NCBI RefSeq assembly: GCF_009914755.1
Contig: NC_060931.1
Source of the DNA: the human T2T-CHM13v2.0 reference genome, Homo sapiens
Length of the DNA: 64,000 nt
Direction: 5' to 3' (one strand)
Shown here: one piece after another, positions 42,485-58,175 of the stretch
How the letters are laid out: the number at the start of each line of letters is the position of its first letter
How positions within the stretch are numbered: position 1 is the stretch's first letter
The notes under the pieces: model-generated
Told to the model about the DNA's origin: nothing
Database searches by the model: none
The model's input: only the letters and a program-made list of their open reading frames with translations
Translations under genes and position numbers: made by a program

Positions 42485-43180
42485 TAAGTGTATTTCTATC
42501 GTTTGGCATTTAAATCATGTTGCATTAACTGCTATTATAAGTAATGCTATAGTAAATATCTTCTACTTATGTATTGGTGTAGCTAGTGATTTTCCCTTAG
42601 TATAGATTCCTAACTATTGGAGCAAAAGGTAAAACACTATTGAGACTTGACACATATTGCCAAATTGCTCAGCCGTGGGATTTCTCTAGCTGCACTCTGT
42701 AAGCATCAGTTTAATTTTACTCACACCAGTATTGAATAGGAGCATTTCAGAGTGGCTTCCACTGGATTCAAAAAATCATATTACATCAGCACCTCATTTT
42801 CATTTCTTTTATTGTTACTGAGATGGAATATTTTTTGATATTTATTGTTTAATTTTCATTTCTTTCTGGTTTACCTTGTCTTTGTTCATTTTCTAATAGG
42901 ATGTTGTATATTACTTATTGATATAAATATGAACCATCTATTATCATATATATTGTTTTCTCAGTGTGTCATGTGTTTTGAATTTTGTTTCCTATTTTAT
43001 GTCCATGCGTTGTTAGTTCCCAGGTGCGAGAAATCAGTGCATCCTGCACTCTGAGTTCCCTTTCGTCGCTTTCATGTAGAGCTTGGTTAAATACCCATCT
43101 ACATCTTTCCAGCTCATCAAAATTCTTACTGTTCACACTTAAATTTCACTTATTCTGAAATTAAGTTTTGTGTGTATCAA

Positions 43181-43362
43181 CCAATAGTGTGATGGTAATT
43201 GTTTAGCAACTGTCTCTAGGGGGAAAAACCCACACAACCTTGATGTGTAACATTTGCTGCTTTCTGTGGTGTAAATACTCCCAGATGGCCTATTCCCAAG
43301 CTATCGCTGCCAGTGGAGCAGGGAGGGGAGGTGCACAGTTGACTCTGGTTCCAGCACACTGG
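43181..43362. mobile_element. MER63-like hAT-Blackjack MITE
   Basis: tagtgtgatggtaattgtttagcaac...tttctgtggtgtaaatactccca...caagcta...ccagcacactgg. Confidence 0.7.
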
Positions 43363-43909
43363 TGGATTTGTGAGACATTCCCTTGGTGAATTTTCCCAAC
43401 ATCTTATTGTGTATGCATTTCTTTCCTTTATACTGTAGAATCCATTTTTATATATCCCATGATGTGATTTAGTTCTGTTTATTCTGTTCCTTGAATATAT
43501 TTTTAGCTCAGTTAATAGTTGTTGAGTGCAGTACCAGTCTTGGATTTGTTTTTGTTTTTTTATTAGAGATTTTGGTGGGATTAGTATCCCAACTATTTCA
43601 CCCACCATCTCCATTTTTTGAATTTTTTTGTTATTGTTGCTCGTTTGTCATTAAAGTGTATGTTGGGATCATTTTTTAAAGTTTCCAAATAGACTGAAAT
43701 TCTGTTAAACCTGAATTGACGTGAGTGTAAAATTCAGCCTCGGCAGCACTGCTACTCTGTGCTTCTCCTGGTGCAGTTTTGTGGGTCCTCTTCCCTTCTC
43801 AGATACCTCGTGGCACCTTCTTCTCAGTGGGAAAATGAAGAGACAGAGGAGGGAAATGACAGAGAAAGAACAGGAGGGGTATGTGGTGGGCAACGGGAGG
43901 TGGAGACAC

Positions 43910-45443
43910 GGCATCACGTGGCCTTTGCCCAGAGCGGGAATGGCGGCAAAACCGGGGAAGGAGCCCTAGCAATGTTTTGACACAATTATATTTTTATAAC
44001 ATTTGCAAAAGAAAGATGCGTTAATCACAATGTATTTGAGTTGCTGTCTTTCTCTATCACATTTGCCTTCATGTTCTGTGGTGCTGGATTTGCCACGATA
44101 CCTTGGGTCCAGCTAAGGCAAAGTTGAGCTGGAAATACAGTAATCTGGGTTAATGAGACAGATATTGTGATTCACAGCCAGCTGGGTATGGGGCTGTGTT
44201 ACTGCTACCCATCCAGGTATATAAATGGTTTCCAGAAATACCTCTCCGGGCCAGAGGTTCCGCAGCTGTGTGAACGTGCCTCTGGAATCTGCCCCAGGAA
44301 TACTCAGCAGTGGAGGAGAAACGGTTTCGAGTGTCAGGAGCAGGAGCTAGTCTACGGGAAGTTCTTCCAGTCATGAGCCACGTGAAGAGCACGTGGTTGC
44401 TCTGAATGCCCAGTCAACATGCTCGTGTCCTCTTGATGAGAACATACTTTCTCATGCAGTGTGTGAACATTTAATGCAGCCTACACCCCTCTGACGATGT
44501 AAATTGTGAGAACGAGAATGCATGAGAATCCCTGCAACTGTGGCCTGCCTCCAGACAGTGTGGGTGTGTGGGGAGCTGCCCTCTCAGCCATCTGACTCCT
44601 CTTGTTCCATCATAGCGCACTCGGTGCTTCTGGTCTTGACTCATTCTGCCTGTTCCCAACAAAATGGCAGGAAAAATGGCCACCAACACAGTGACACAGC
44701 TTGAAGACATAAGCGCTCCAGTGACAAAAATTATAAACACACTCACAAATAACTCAGTAAGATGTCTGATGCTCAGTTAAGTTGCTCAGGGAAGCAGAGT
44801 GGCAACTTTAACATCCACTCAACCTACTCTTACCTGTGCCTCTGTTTCCTATAAATTTCATGTTGACCATTACACAATTACAATACAGTAGGAAGCAATG
44901 ATCCCAGTGGAAGACACAAATATAAAGTGAAAAATGGGAGGCTGGACTTTCAAAATGCCATCAGCCCTTCTACACCACAGCAAATAAAAACTCTGAGTGT
45001 CTCAATAATGAAGAATCACAGTATCCAAAAACGAAAGGCAATTAAAATAACAACGGAAGAGAAAAAGAAAGTTGTAAGGATCTTCTTAAACAAGAAACAA
45101 AGACAGTAGATGAGAGGGATACAAAGAAAACCAATCGGTATAATCCATAGACACCAGATGTGAAGAACCGATTCTACAAAACTGTCACACGAAGAGGGCG
45201 GAAAGCGCGGGAAGAAGTGTCAGGAAGGTGTGCTGCCGAGTAGGTAGGTAAAAGTCTCATTTTTAAAAATGCTGCAGCATCTGCTGCATTTGTCAACTTT
45301 TAAGAACTTGTAATTTGTCGTATTCTCTTCTCATTCTAAGTGAAGATTCATTCCATATGTGGTTTTGCAATTAGAGTTTGTATTATTTTTCTTAGGTGTC
45401 CCAAAGTGCAATACCTTGGGCCGAGAGAGCTCAGATCTGCCCT
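43910..45443 (+). mobile_element. Zaphod/MER115-like hAT-Tip100 remnant
   Basis: cagctaaggcaaagttgagctgg, agtggaggagaaac, gctagtctacgggaagttcttcca, and a 3' end ttctcattctaag...cagatctgccc resemble the recalled consensus; left boundary approximate. Confidence 0.55.
44379..44395. promoter_or_regulatory. Perfect CACGTG-N5-CACGTG double E-box (ChoRE geometry), function untested
   Basis: cacgtg aagag cacgtg. Confidence 0.35.
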
Positions 45444-46342
45444 TTTGTTAGGTATGGCTTTGCTACTGGTGATTCCTCTCACGTTTATTTCATTTGCTGA
45501 CAGTGATCTTTGCCTGGTCCTTGGGCTCCCCAGAGGCTGGTCCTGGTGAGGCATTTTGCTTCCTCGCCTCACCATCTCTCTCCCCACATGTGACATCTCC
45601 TCTCTGCTCCCAAGGTTCCTGGCCTTCCAGGTTCGCTGGGACCGGTCACCCGGTGCTACCTGAGAGGCTGGAGAAGGGGGTGGCAAGTGGATCCGTAGCT
45701 GCAGGACTGCTGTGTCATGTCCGTTGTGCCTTAACTCCATTGCCTTCCAAAGTGCTTAACGTCTATCACACAGTTCAAGAGTTAACCAGTTGAAGGGTAC
45801 CAAGTTGTTTCAGGCTCAGGAGAATGGAGAATTCTTGAAGATTGGAGCAGGAGGGGAGGGAGCATCCCGGCCTCGAAAAGATGCTGCATCCTGCCTCCTT
45901 GGCTCCACTAGGCAAACAGCACGCAGCTGGGAAAGGGATTCAATTCTTTTATGTATTTATTTATTTTTGAGCATCTCAGTCCTGTCTCTTATCTGCGTAT
46001 CTACACCTGACTGGCTCACAACCCGGCCTTTCCTCCCTTCTGTCCACACTCTCCCTGTCTTGTCACTTTTATCCTTCCTGAGGCTCCGAATCAGGTAAAT
46101 GCTATCTGTGTTAGCATGTTGAGGGGGGATGACACCATGTGCCTTGGGCCACGCACCTGGGGGCCGTCAGCCCACCCACCCCAGGACACCAGGGAGCACT
46201 CTCAGGCTCTGATCTTGCTAGACCAGGCCCCTCCTCCAGGGGCCCCTTCAGAGAATCTCCAGGGCCTTGAACCACCATCAAAGCTGTATTCCCAAAAGCA
46301 GCCACGCAGGAAGCTCTAGCACAGCCTCTAGTGCTGGGGAGC

Positions 46343-46664
46343 CCTGAAAACTTGATGTGCAGTGACAGAGCCACACACAGAAAGCCATGCAGTGCATGGT
46401 TCCCTTCCATGCAATGCCCAGTACAGGCAGATCCAAAGAGACAGGAGGCGGATGAGTGGGCCGCAGGCTGGAGTGGAGCAGGGAGGTTGCGAGGATTGCG
46501 AGAGACTGTGAATGGACTCAGGGTTTCTATCAGGGGTGATGATAGTGCTCAAAAGGTGATTGTGGTGATGGCTGCATAACTCTGTGAATGTTCTAGAAAC
46601 CGCTGAATTGTACATCTTAAACCAATAAGTTGTGTGGTGTGTGAATTGTATCTCAAGAAAGCTG
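46343..46664 (+). mobile_element. L1MB 3' end
   Basis: ggcagatccaaagagacag...gggtttctatcaggggtgatg...ttgtggtgatggctgcataactctgtgaat...gtgaattgtatctcaagaaagctg. Confidence 0.85.
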
Positions 46665-47208
46665 GTGAGGACGGGGTAGACTGCTCCCCACCTCAAAAGC
46701 AGCCACATCAGAGCAAATGAGGCTGCCTCTGAGTGGAGTGAGACCTCAGCCAGCAGAAGATGGGCCCCGGCACCTGCCCAAGCATCGGCCCCCAGGAGGC
46801 TGATCCCAAGGGAGATGACTGCTTCTCTGACCTCACAAGCAAGACGCGCTCCCTGAAGGCTGCCCAGGGGTGTCAGGAAGAGTGTTCGGCCCAAGGAAAG
46901 ACCCCCGGGTCCTCACCTACCCTGTCCTCTTCCTCTCCCTATTGCATTCCCTGCACGTGTTGAGGAAATCTCTGCTGAAGTAAATTCATTTTCTAAAGAG
47001 GGAGCCCAGATTTGCAGGCGTGGCTGCCCCAGCACAGGGAATAGAGGCTTCTGGTCTGGGATTTTCTAAAGGCAGTGAATGCAGCCTGGGGACTGAGGGA
47101 GAAGAGGAAATGCACCCCCACCCTAAGGCCCTTTCCAGACAGCTCTGAACCCTCACATTCCTCCCTCCTCGTACTGGAGGCAGGGCAGGTGCCCCCAAAA
47201 ATGGAATA

Positions 47209-48633
<1,425 letters not shown>

Positions 48634-48774
48634 TGCGGTGGTAGTTTTGTTGGTCACGTGGTGGGAGGTAGGGGCCAGAGAAAGGAAGGTATGGGTTTCT
48701 GTGGCCTGGGACACCCAGGACCCCATGGAGAGGCAGGCTAAGAGGGGGCCCCAGGTCCCTGAAAAGTTAGGGGG

Positions 48775-49123
48775 TGATATGGTTTTCGTTGTGTCCCCAC
48801 ACAAATCTCACCTTGAATTGTAAGAATCCCCACATGTCAAGGGCAGGGCCAGGTGGAGATAATTGAATCACAGGGGTGGTTTCCCCCATACTGTTCTCGT
48901 GGTAGGGAATAAGACTCATGAGATCTGATGGTTTTAAAAATTGGAGTTCCCCTGCACACGCTCTCTTGCCTGCCGCCATGGAAGAGGTGCCTTTGCTTCT
49001 CCTTTGCCTTCTACCACGATTGTGGGGCCTCCCCAGCCATGTGGAACTGTGAGTCCATTAAACCTCTTTCCTTTAGAAATTACCCAGTCTCGGGTATGTC
49101 TTTATTAGCAACGTGAAAACAGG
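48775..49123 (+). mobile_element. THE1 (THE1C-like) solo LTR
   Basis: tgatatggttt...tcaagggcagggccaggtggagataattgaatc...gtgagtccattaaacctctttcc...acccagtctcgggtatgtctttattagca. Confidence 0.92.
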
Positions 49124-50059
49124 CACACTCTTCACAGGGGGAATGCTAGCTACTCCACAGTTCTCCATGATTAAGCTCCACAATTCTCCATGATTAGGCT
49201 CCATTCTGATGGACAGGACAGGCATTTTGGAGTTGGAGGTGTAGGGTGTGAGGAATGTCTGGTGTAGGAGAAGCTCTGCCTCATGTAATGGAACCGTTAT
49301 TTAACTCCACTTAAAAAATTCAATCAAATCTCATAAAAACGCATGATAAAGCCAATGGCACAACAGGGAGGTGTGTGTGGTGAGGAGCCCCCTCCCCAGC
49401 CCACCCCAGTCCTACCGCTCAGGTTCATTGTGATCTGTGGCTGACCAGGTGGGAGGGGACCCCGTCTCATTTGGTCTAAACATTGAGTGACAGCCGGTAG
49501 GCAGCTCCCAGCCTGCCCACCCCTCAGGGGTCACAGACACTCCCTAGAGGCACCTAGGGTGGGTGTGTGCCCTGCAACACTCACAGTGACTCAGCAGGTG
49601 CTAATTTGCCTGGGGTCTGGGACAGCCCTGAAGAGCAGCGTGCTCTGTCCTTGAGCTGACTGTGAGCCACCAGGCCTCCCTCCTGCCATCTGGCTGGACT
49701 TACCCAAGGCCATAGGACTTGGCTGGTGTCGGCCCTCTAAGTAACAAGTGACTGTTTGCTAATCGGCCACCACATGCCCCGTGTCAGGCTGAGTTTGATT
49801 CCTGGATGACCTGAACATCCACCGAGCAGAAGCTTCGCGGGGACATGCTGAGTGGAGGTAGCGGCAGGCAAGGAGCATGAAGCCAGGTCTGCAGTCAGCC
49901 TCATGCCAGGGTGGCCAGCAGTCTTGTGGCCAGAAGGGGGGCCTCAGAGAGCAGACCTGGAGTGACTGGGAGCTGCAGGTGGACCTGAGGTAGGCAGGCC
50001 TGGGGCCAGGCGGGCATGCAGGAGACGCTTAGGCATGGGACCCTAAGGAAGCCGGCTCC

Positions 50060-50420
50060 ACTGCCTCCTGTGTTCCCTGGGCCCACTGCACCCCAAGCCA
50101 TGGCACACAGACCCCTGGGAACCCCATCTCCTGGGCTTTCCAGCCCTCTGCTTCCAGCCAGGTTTGGCCAATGGGAAGCCCTGGCAGAGAGGAGAGGGGT
50201 CAGGTATTTACTGTCCCTGGCTCTCCAGCCTTACCCAGCACTGTTGATTTCTAGGGCTACAGCTCCCCCCACCCCGGCCCTGGATGTCTCTGGTTCCCTC
50301 TGATTCTCCATTCAGCTGTGCCACCGTGGCAGCGTGTTCTGTTTTTACACCCGGAGTGCTCTACGGCCTGGCTGGTGGTCTTAGCCCCTCTTATGCATCC
50401 AAAAACAGTCACATAACTCA
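50060..50420. mobile_element. LTR33-like ERVL LTR fragment
   Basis: gccctctgcttccagccaggtttggccaatgggaagccctggcaga...tcaggtattta. Confidence 0.55.
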
Positions 50421-53164
50421 ACTCTGGGGGTCCCAAGGGAATTTGGGTCAGGATCAGAACCAGGGGCAGAAGATCAGCATCCTTGACTGCTCAGCGATGA
50501 ATCCATTTCCTGTCCCCGCTGCTGGGTTCTCCTCCCACGGCTGCAGAAGGAAGCCCATTTCAGGGACACCTGCATGTGGGGTCCTGCAGCCTCTGCATGT
50601 GGAATAGAGACATCCAGGGCTCCCAGAAGGCGTCCCTGCGGAGCAGACCCCAGGCAGGTGTTTGGTTTCAGGGACAGCTTTGCATCCTTGGTGCCTCGAT
50701 CCATGCTGAGTGCATAGAAGGTGCCCAGCCCACACCGGTCAGGAGGAAGGAGGGGTCCGGGTGACAGACAGACAGGATGCAATGAGTCCATGGTGATGGT
50801 CCCTGAAGAACGGGCCCAGGGAGGGGTGTGCTCAGTTCCACTTCCCCTGTGGAAGGCATCAGACCATCAGCCTCAAACCTTCCCTGGGTCTGTCCTCAGA
50901 GCAGGCTGGATGCTGCAAGCACCCCTGTGCCTCTGCAGGCAGTCGAGTCAACAGAGGTGATGATCGCCATCAGGGAGGGCCCGTGAAAAGAGCCCCAAAA
51001 AAACAAGTGGCTTTCACTTGCCACCAGCCTTTGAAATCTTCACCACTTTGTTCAAACAGCCTTTGAAGCCACTTCTGGGGCCTGGCTTGTCTCTAAATTA
51101 CCTGTTGTTTTGGTTTCTTGAGTGCTTTTGGCCAGGAGTTGTTCCCTTGAAAATGCAGTGGCTTCTGTAAATATGCTTTCCCTTCCACAGACCCCAACAG
51201 ACAGCCGAGGCCCTCCCTGTTCTTCTCTGTCCCCTCCCATCCCACCTGGGCACCCCTCCCCCCACGGTGATCTTATTGCTTTATTTCTGAAACCACATAC
51301 ATAACTTTTTCCTTTGAAACTTCCCCTGCTGCTGAAATACAAGAAAAGCAACTTCTGCTCTGCAGGGGCTGGGGTTGCTCAGCTGGGCTCCCACACAGGT
51401 GCGTCCGTGTGAGTGGTTACAGCAGAGGCCCTTTGCCGTCCAGCGATGCTGCTGGAACCTCTCACCACTGGGTTGCAAGCAGGCCTAAGTGGGCAGAATC
51501 AAGAATCAAGCCCACCTCCCAGGCATCCGTGCCGCCCTTCCCTAGCCTTCTCTGAGTGCTGGAGCTGTGGACCTGGCATTCCTGACCTTGAGGAGGAGGG
51601 TGTGTAGGTCTAAGGGGACATCCTGCAGGACTCAGTAGGACTGTTGGGATAGGGAATGAGATGAGGGGCCAGGACTCCCACGGAGTGACAGCCAAAACAA
51701 AGGTCCCAGCCCTGGTGGGGCAGCCTGTTTGGGACAATGTGGCTGGAAGGGGAAGCTAGAGGTCTTAATAGGCGCTAAGTATTGAGCCAAGACACTGGTG
51801 CTGTGCTGTAGTGTGTGAACTCTAGGAAGCCTCTTGTGGGGACTCCTGCCATTTCTTTGTTTATATTGGCTCTTTTAAGGGTAAAATTTATGCAGCAACA
51901 CATGTCTGCTGAGGAAGTCTTATGTGTCAGCGAGACTCCAGGCACGTGGGGCCCGTCATCGCACAGAGCAGAAAACACTTCCCTCACAGCACTCGCATTG
52001 GACTGAAGCAAACACGGACCTGGGTGCCGTGTTGCCGTGGGGGGTACATACTGGGGAACCAGTGGGTGGGAGAAGGCAGATGGCACTGCCGTGGGCGGCC
52101 TTTCTCCCATGGTGCAGACCTGACCCCCACCCCTGTTTCCACAGGGCTGTCCCGCAGCCCCACAGACGGTGGCGGTAGAGGGATAGCTGGGCAGGGAGCC
52201 TTGTGGAAGACCACCGTGGTAGGGACAGAGGGAGAGACACCGGGGGGTCTTCAGAGCTTGGCTTCTCGTTCTGAACACTTGAGAAATGTTGTGCTTTTGA
52301 CCAAAAGAGAGAACACAGGCTTGGGGGCTCCGGCAGCAGAAAGATAACTGGTGGGCATCTGAACCTGTGGAGTCCCTGGGGCATCCACGCTGGTGACATC
52401 ACGACTGGATTGGAGCAGGGGAGGGGTCCCAGATGAAAAGTGGAAGGGTCACCTGCTTGTAGCTGAGAGAGAGCAGGAAATTGGAGTTCTGCCCCTGCCT
52501 CTCTACTCCTTACTTCTCAAAGATCCCTCTGTGTCCTGACGGGCTTGGCCTCTCCCTTGTCAAGCCTTCTCAGAGGAAAAATCTGATTTGTGTTGGGATG
52601 GAAGTAAAAGTAGCTGAAAATAAACTGTTAGGCCTATGTCCACTACAGCCTTCCAGAAGGGTTTGCGTTTGCGTGGGGATTAGAGCATCAGGCAAAGGGG
52701 CTTTGCATTCTCAGATGGAATTTAGAGCCTGCCCTGCAACAGATCAAGAAGGGTTTTCTTGGTGCCATAAAACTACAACATACAGGCTGCCTCCTCTTCT
52801 GCCATGACAGAGGTCAGCCCTGAAAGAAGAAAAGACAGCACATTAGACTCACTCTAAAATCTTTGCTCTAGAAATGGTCTTTGGCAACTCCACCCACCTT
52901 TCAAATTCATGTCCACTAAAATTTCATCCTCATTTTCCCTGGCAGGCTTCCCCTGTGTTAAAAGTACACATTGTGACTATTTTCTTGGGATGAGTCATGG
53001 TTTTCAGGTTGGACTTTACAGAGAGGTCTTCTGGTCCCAGGACTCTGTTTTGCAGATAAAGAAACTAAGGCCCAAGGAGGAAAAATGCATATGGCCTTTG
53101 GCATGTCAATTAGCAAAAGGATGAAGGCCACAGTCTTTGGGTTCCTGATTCAAAGCAACTTTAA

Positions 53165-53815
<651 letters not shown>

Positions 53816-56267
53816 AACAATCAGGATATTTTGGAGCTCAGTGAGACTTTAGGGATGATTTAGTTTCTGGTGCTTTCTACCAGCACAGTCATCACTACCT
53901 TCGCCATCTTACAGATGGGTAAACGGAGGCACGTCAATGTGCTAGCTACTAGAGGACCAGAGACCAAAAGCAAGCATCCTCCTCCTCCACCCGGTGATTT
54001 CTGCAGGAAGACATGCCACTGGTTTTGTACAACCTTTTGGGTGTGTTGGCGGGGAAGGGTATTACTGGCCACAGAGCTCCAGGGAAGGTTAGAAGGCCAT
54101 GTCTTGCCTTGGTGTGTGTGCTTTGTGGCCAGTTGATCCCTCCTGAGTGAATCCTGCGTGTCGGTTGTGAGGAGAATGAAAGAGAAGATTCCGGTGCCTT
54201 CGAACATCACTCAATAAACGCTTGAGAGACTCCTGTCTTAGCACAAAGCCGGGGGCTCCACTGCAGACAACCACAAGAAAGGAGCGGCCGGGCCTGCGCT
54301 CCCCTTAATTCTGGAGCAAACACAATGGTATTTTTTTAAGGATAATGTAGAGGGAGAGACTGTGACTGCTAATTTCTTTTTGGAGACAACCGAGGCAAAA
54401 AAAGAATAGCAAAGAATTTATTTTGGCAACAATTCTTGATCTTCTTTTTACAAAGAAAGTTAAAGCCATAATTCCCCCAGGTGCAAATGCTGTAGCCTGA
54501 AAAACCTTCCTTGAAACATATTAAACCAGAGCGTAGGTGAGTAAAGAGGAAATCCACCTGGGCTGTGTCAGATGGCCTTAGGTTTTCTCTTGTTTATGAG
54601 ATGAGAAAACTGAGGATAGTTGCAGAAAAACATTTCTATTTCAAAAATCCAAATTTTGTGCGAACGTGGGAAATGTGTACTGCACATTATCTTTTTGGTA
54701 GATCCTGAAAGACATCAGCCTTTTTCTTTTTAATGTGCCTTGGGAGAATCCCTGGGGAGGGGGATGAGAGGGGTGCGGGGGCCTGGATTCCAGCCTTTGC
54801 CCTGCCGTGAAGCGGCTCCTTGAGGAAGCGGCTAATTACCTTGGGTCAATCAGTGGCTTTGTTGGGCTTTAGGACAGGGTGACTTGTAAATGACAATACT
54901 GCAGAACGTGTCACCTGGAAAAGGCAGGATTCTGCTGGGGAGAGCGCTCCCTGGGTCCAGGAGCACCTTCCAAGGGTGCTTTTTGAGTCCCAGATGCTTA
55001 GGAGGTACCTTCTTTCCTCCGGGCTTGCCACCTTCAGCCCCACTCAATTCTGTAAGTTGGAAGATGGAGTGTAAGGTTAAGCCCCCCTTAGCTAATCTGG
55101 CATGCCTTGGATGTAGTGAGCAGTGGCCTTCGCAAATCTCTGGGAGCCCGGCTGACGGCTCAGCCAAGTCAGCAGTGCCTGCCTCAGCTGGACGCTCAGG
55201 CCCAGTGCCTCGCGCTTTCCTGGAGGAAAAGCTGCTAGAATGTAGGGCTTCTCCCAGCTCCAGCAAGCATGGTTTAATTGGCATCCATCCCAGAATTCTA
55301 CACATGGAACTAGAAAGTGAACCTGTATCATTCCAATAAGTGTACAACTCCCCTGGGCTTATTCATGTCCTTTATTAAAGAACTTGTATTTTCTAAATAT
55401 GTGTGTTTTTCTAAGGCCCTTAGGAAGGTCCTTAGGATGGCCTTAGTCTACAGACATTCCAGAGATGGTTGGTGCATCTCTGTTCCTCTCTCTCTCTCTC
55501 CCTGTCTCTCTGCCTCTCTCCCCTCCTTTCCATCACCCCTCATTCATTCACCATTTATTAATCACCCACCACGAAAATAGAGAGCCTGGGTCCAGAAGGG
55601 AGAACAGGTTCGAGCAGGTGGTTTTTTGGACAGGTCCTTACTGAACACCCACATCTTCAAGGCTCCAGGCTGAATGCTGAGGCACAGCAGAGAGTTGGAT
55701 CTTAGCCACAAGGACTAGCCCGGATTAACGAGGAGGTGCCCCTATAGTAAATGCTATAATCGCAAATTAATTTCATTCCAGAAATGTTTCCACAGTGGAG
55801 CACATCTGGCCAGAGGGAGATTAGCTGGGGTGGGTCCAAACAATAGGAAGTTGTCCCCAAAACTGAGTGAGAATGGCCCAGGAAGCAAGAAAAAAAAAAA
55901 TCTCCATTCTGTACAATGTTAGAAAAGACAGCAGAACTCATTCTTCCCTTGGCGAGGTCAGAGTTTGCCTTGGAGCTCTGGGATCCTGGGGCGGTTCCCA
56001 ATGACCCCTGAGCAGCCTATGCCACATTTTGCATGGGAGACCCAAGACCGGGGGGTGGAGGGACAAGTGGAGAGTGTTTCATCCAACTCTGCCTTTCTTT
56101 ACATTTCTGGCTATGAAAGGCAATATGATACAGTTTATTCAGGTTAAGATTCAATATTCTTGGAGACTATTTTGTAAAAATTCAATACTGAGGGTAAGAT
56201 TCCAACATTAAATAAGCAAAATATGACATAACAATATGATATATAATATATAACAAGCATCTAGGTG

Positions 56268-57310
56268 CTGTCTGGTGTGTGTGTGTGCATGTGTGTATGT
56301 CTTTGTGTGTATGTGTGTGTCTGGTGTGCGTGTGTGTGTACATGTGTGTCTGTGTGGGTATGTTTGTATGTGTCTGGTGTGCCTGTGTTTGTACGTGTGT
56401 GTCTGTGTGGGTATGTTTGTATGTGTCTGGTGTGCGTGTTTGTGTACATGTTTGTGTGTGTCGTGTGCAAGTGCATGTGTGTACATGTGTGTGTCTGGTG
56501 TGTGTGTCTGTGTCTGTATGTGTGTGCATGTGTGAGTATTTGTGTGTGTGTCTGGTGAGCATGTGTGTGTCCAGTGTGTGTGTGTACATGTGTGTCTGTA
56601 TCTGGTGTACATATATGTGTCTGTGTGTACGTGTGTGTGCATTTATGTGTGTCTGCGTCTGCTGTACGTGGGTGTGTGTACATGTGTGTGCATGTGTGTG
56701 TCTGGCGTACGTGTTTGTGTCTGGTATATATGTGTGGGTGTCTGGCATATGTGTGTGAGTGTCTGGTGTATGTGTGTGCATGTGTGTGTGTCTGGTGTGT
56801 CTGTGTGTGTCTGCTGTATGCATGTGTATACATGTGTGCATGTGCGTGTGTCTGCTGTGTGTGTCTGGTGTACATGTGTGTGTGTGTCCAGTATGTGTGT
56901 GTGTCTGGTGTGTCTGCTGCACATGTGTGTATGTGTGTGCATGTGTGTGTGTCTGGTGTGTGTGTGTCCAGTGTATGTGTGCCTGTGTGCATGTCTGGTG
57001 TGTGTGTGTGTGTGTGCATGTGTGTGCATCTGGTGTGTGTGTCTTCTGTACGTGTGTGTGCATGTGTGTGTGTCTGGTATGTGTGTGTGTCTGCCGTACG
57101 TGTGAGTGTGTTGCGTGTCTGGTGTGTGTGTCTGGTGTATGTATGTCTGTGTGTGTCTGGGGTACTTGTGTGTGTCTGGGGTACTTGTGTGTGTCTGGTG
57201 TGTGTGTCTTGTATGTGCGTGGGTTTGGTGTACGTGTGTGTATATGTGTGTGTCTGGTGTATGTGTGTCTGTGTGTGTGTGGTGTACATGTGTGTGTATA
57301 TGCATGTTTG
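56268..57310 (+). repeat. ~1-kb complex (TG)n array punctuated by TGTCTGG
   Basis: Read directly; about 20 tgtctgg interruptions. Confidence 0.96.
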
Positions 57311-57734
57311 TGTCCATGAGAAAATACGTGATGGGAGGAGCAGATGGTGAGATGGAGGAAAAATCAACTGATCTCCACTCAAGACCCCGAGCTTTCACTT
57401 TGGTAAAGTCACTTAAGGTCTTTCAATGAAGAGATTGTTCTAGATTATTTCAAAGTTCTTTATATCCATCCCATTGAGTCTCAGAAGGTTTTGATTGTAA
57501 GATGCTTCATTTTTTAAGGTAACATTAAGAGAGGAAAAACACCGTCAAACTATTTTGTGTCTTTACTTGTGAGATATATTCTGATTTCAGAGACACCAAA
57601 ATGTGAAATAATGTGTCTTAGCATTACTGCAATGTAATGTCTAGTATTTTATTATTTGATTTATGCATATGTGTGTATGTCTGTGCATATGTATATGCAA
57701 TGTCTTACTCAGTTAGCAAGAGAGAGGGGCCTAG

Positions 57735-58175
57735 AAAGATACATAGATGATAGATCAATAGATAGATACAGAGAGATGGGTGGATGGATAGTTATACAGA
57801 TACACAGATAGATACACAGATATAGATGATAGATAGATACACAGAGAGTTGGATGGATGCATAGATAAACAGATAGATTGATAAATACAGAGAGAGATGG
57901 ATGGACAGATGGATGGACAGATATACAGATGCACTGATAGATAATAGATGGATGGATGAGTGGATGGGTGGATGGATGGTTGGATGGAGGGATGGATGGT
58001 TGGATGGATGGTTGGATAGATGGATGGATGGATGGATAGATAGATATACAGATACACTGATAGATAATAGATGGTTGGATGAGTGGATGGATGGATGGAT
58101 GGATATACAGATACACTGATAGATAGATAATAGATGGATGGATACGTGGATGGATGGATGGAAAGATAGAAGGCT
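57735..58175 (+). repeat. Compound (GATA)n/(GGAT)n tract with higher-order blocks
   Basis: Block atatacagat(a/g)cactgatagata... recurs near 57921, 58044 and 58103. Confidence 0.93.

Noticed and set aside
49153-49203. 23-bp two-copy repeat (similar 21-bp repeat at 61776-61814)
   Set aside because: Ordinary short slippage duplications
56182-57429. 373/293/261-aa HT- or CV-rich ORFs
   Set aside because: Translation of the (TG)n-type array; no domain signal
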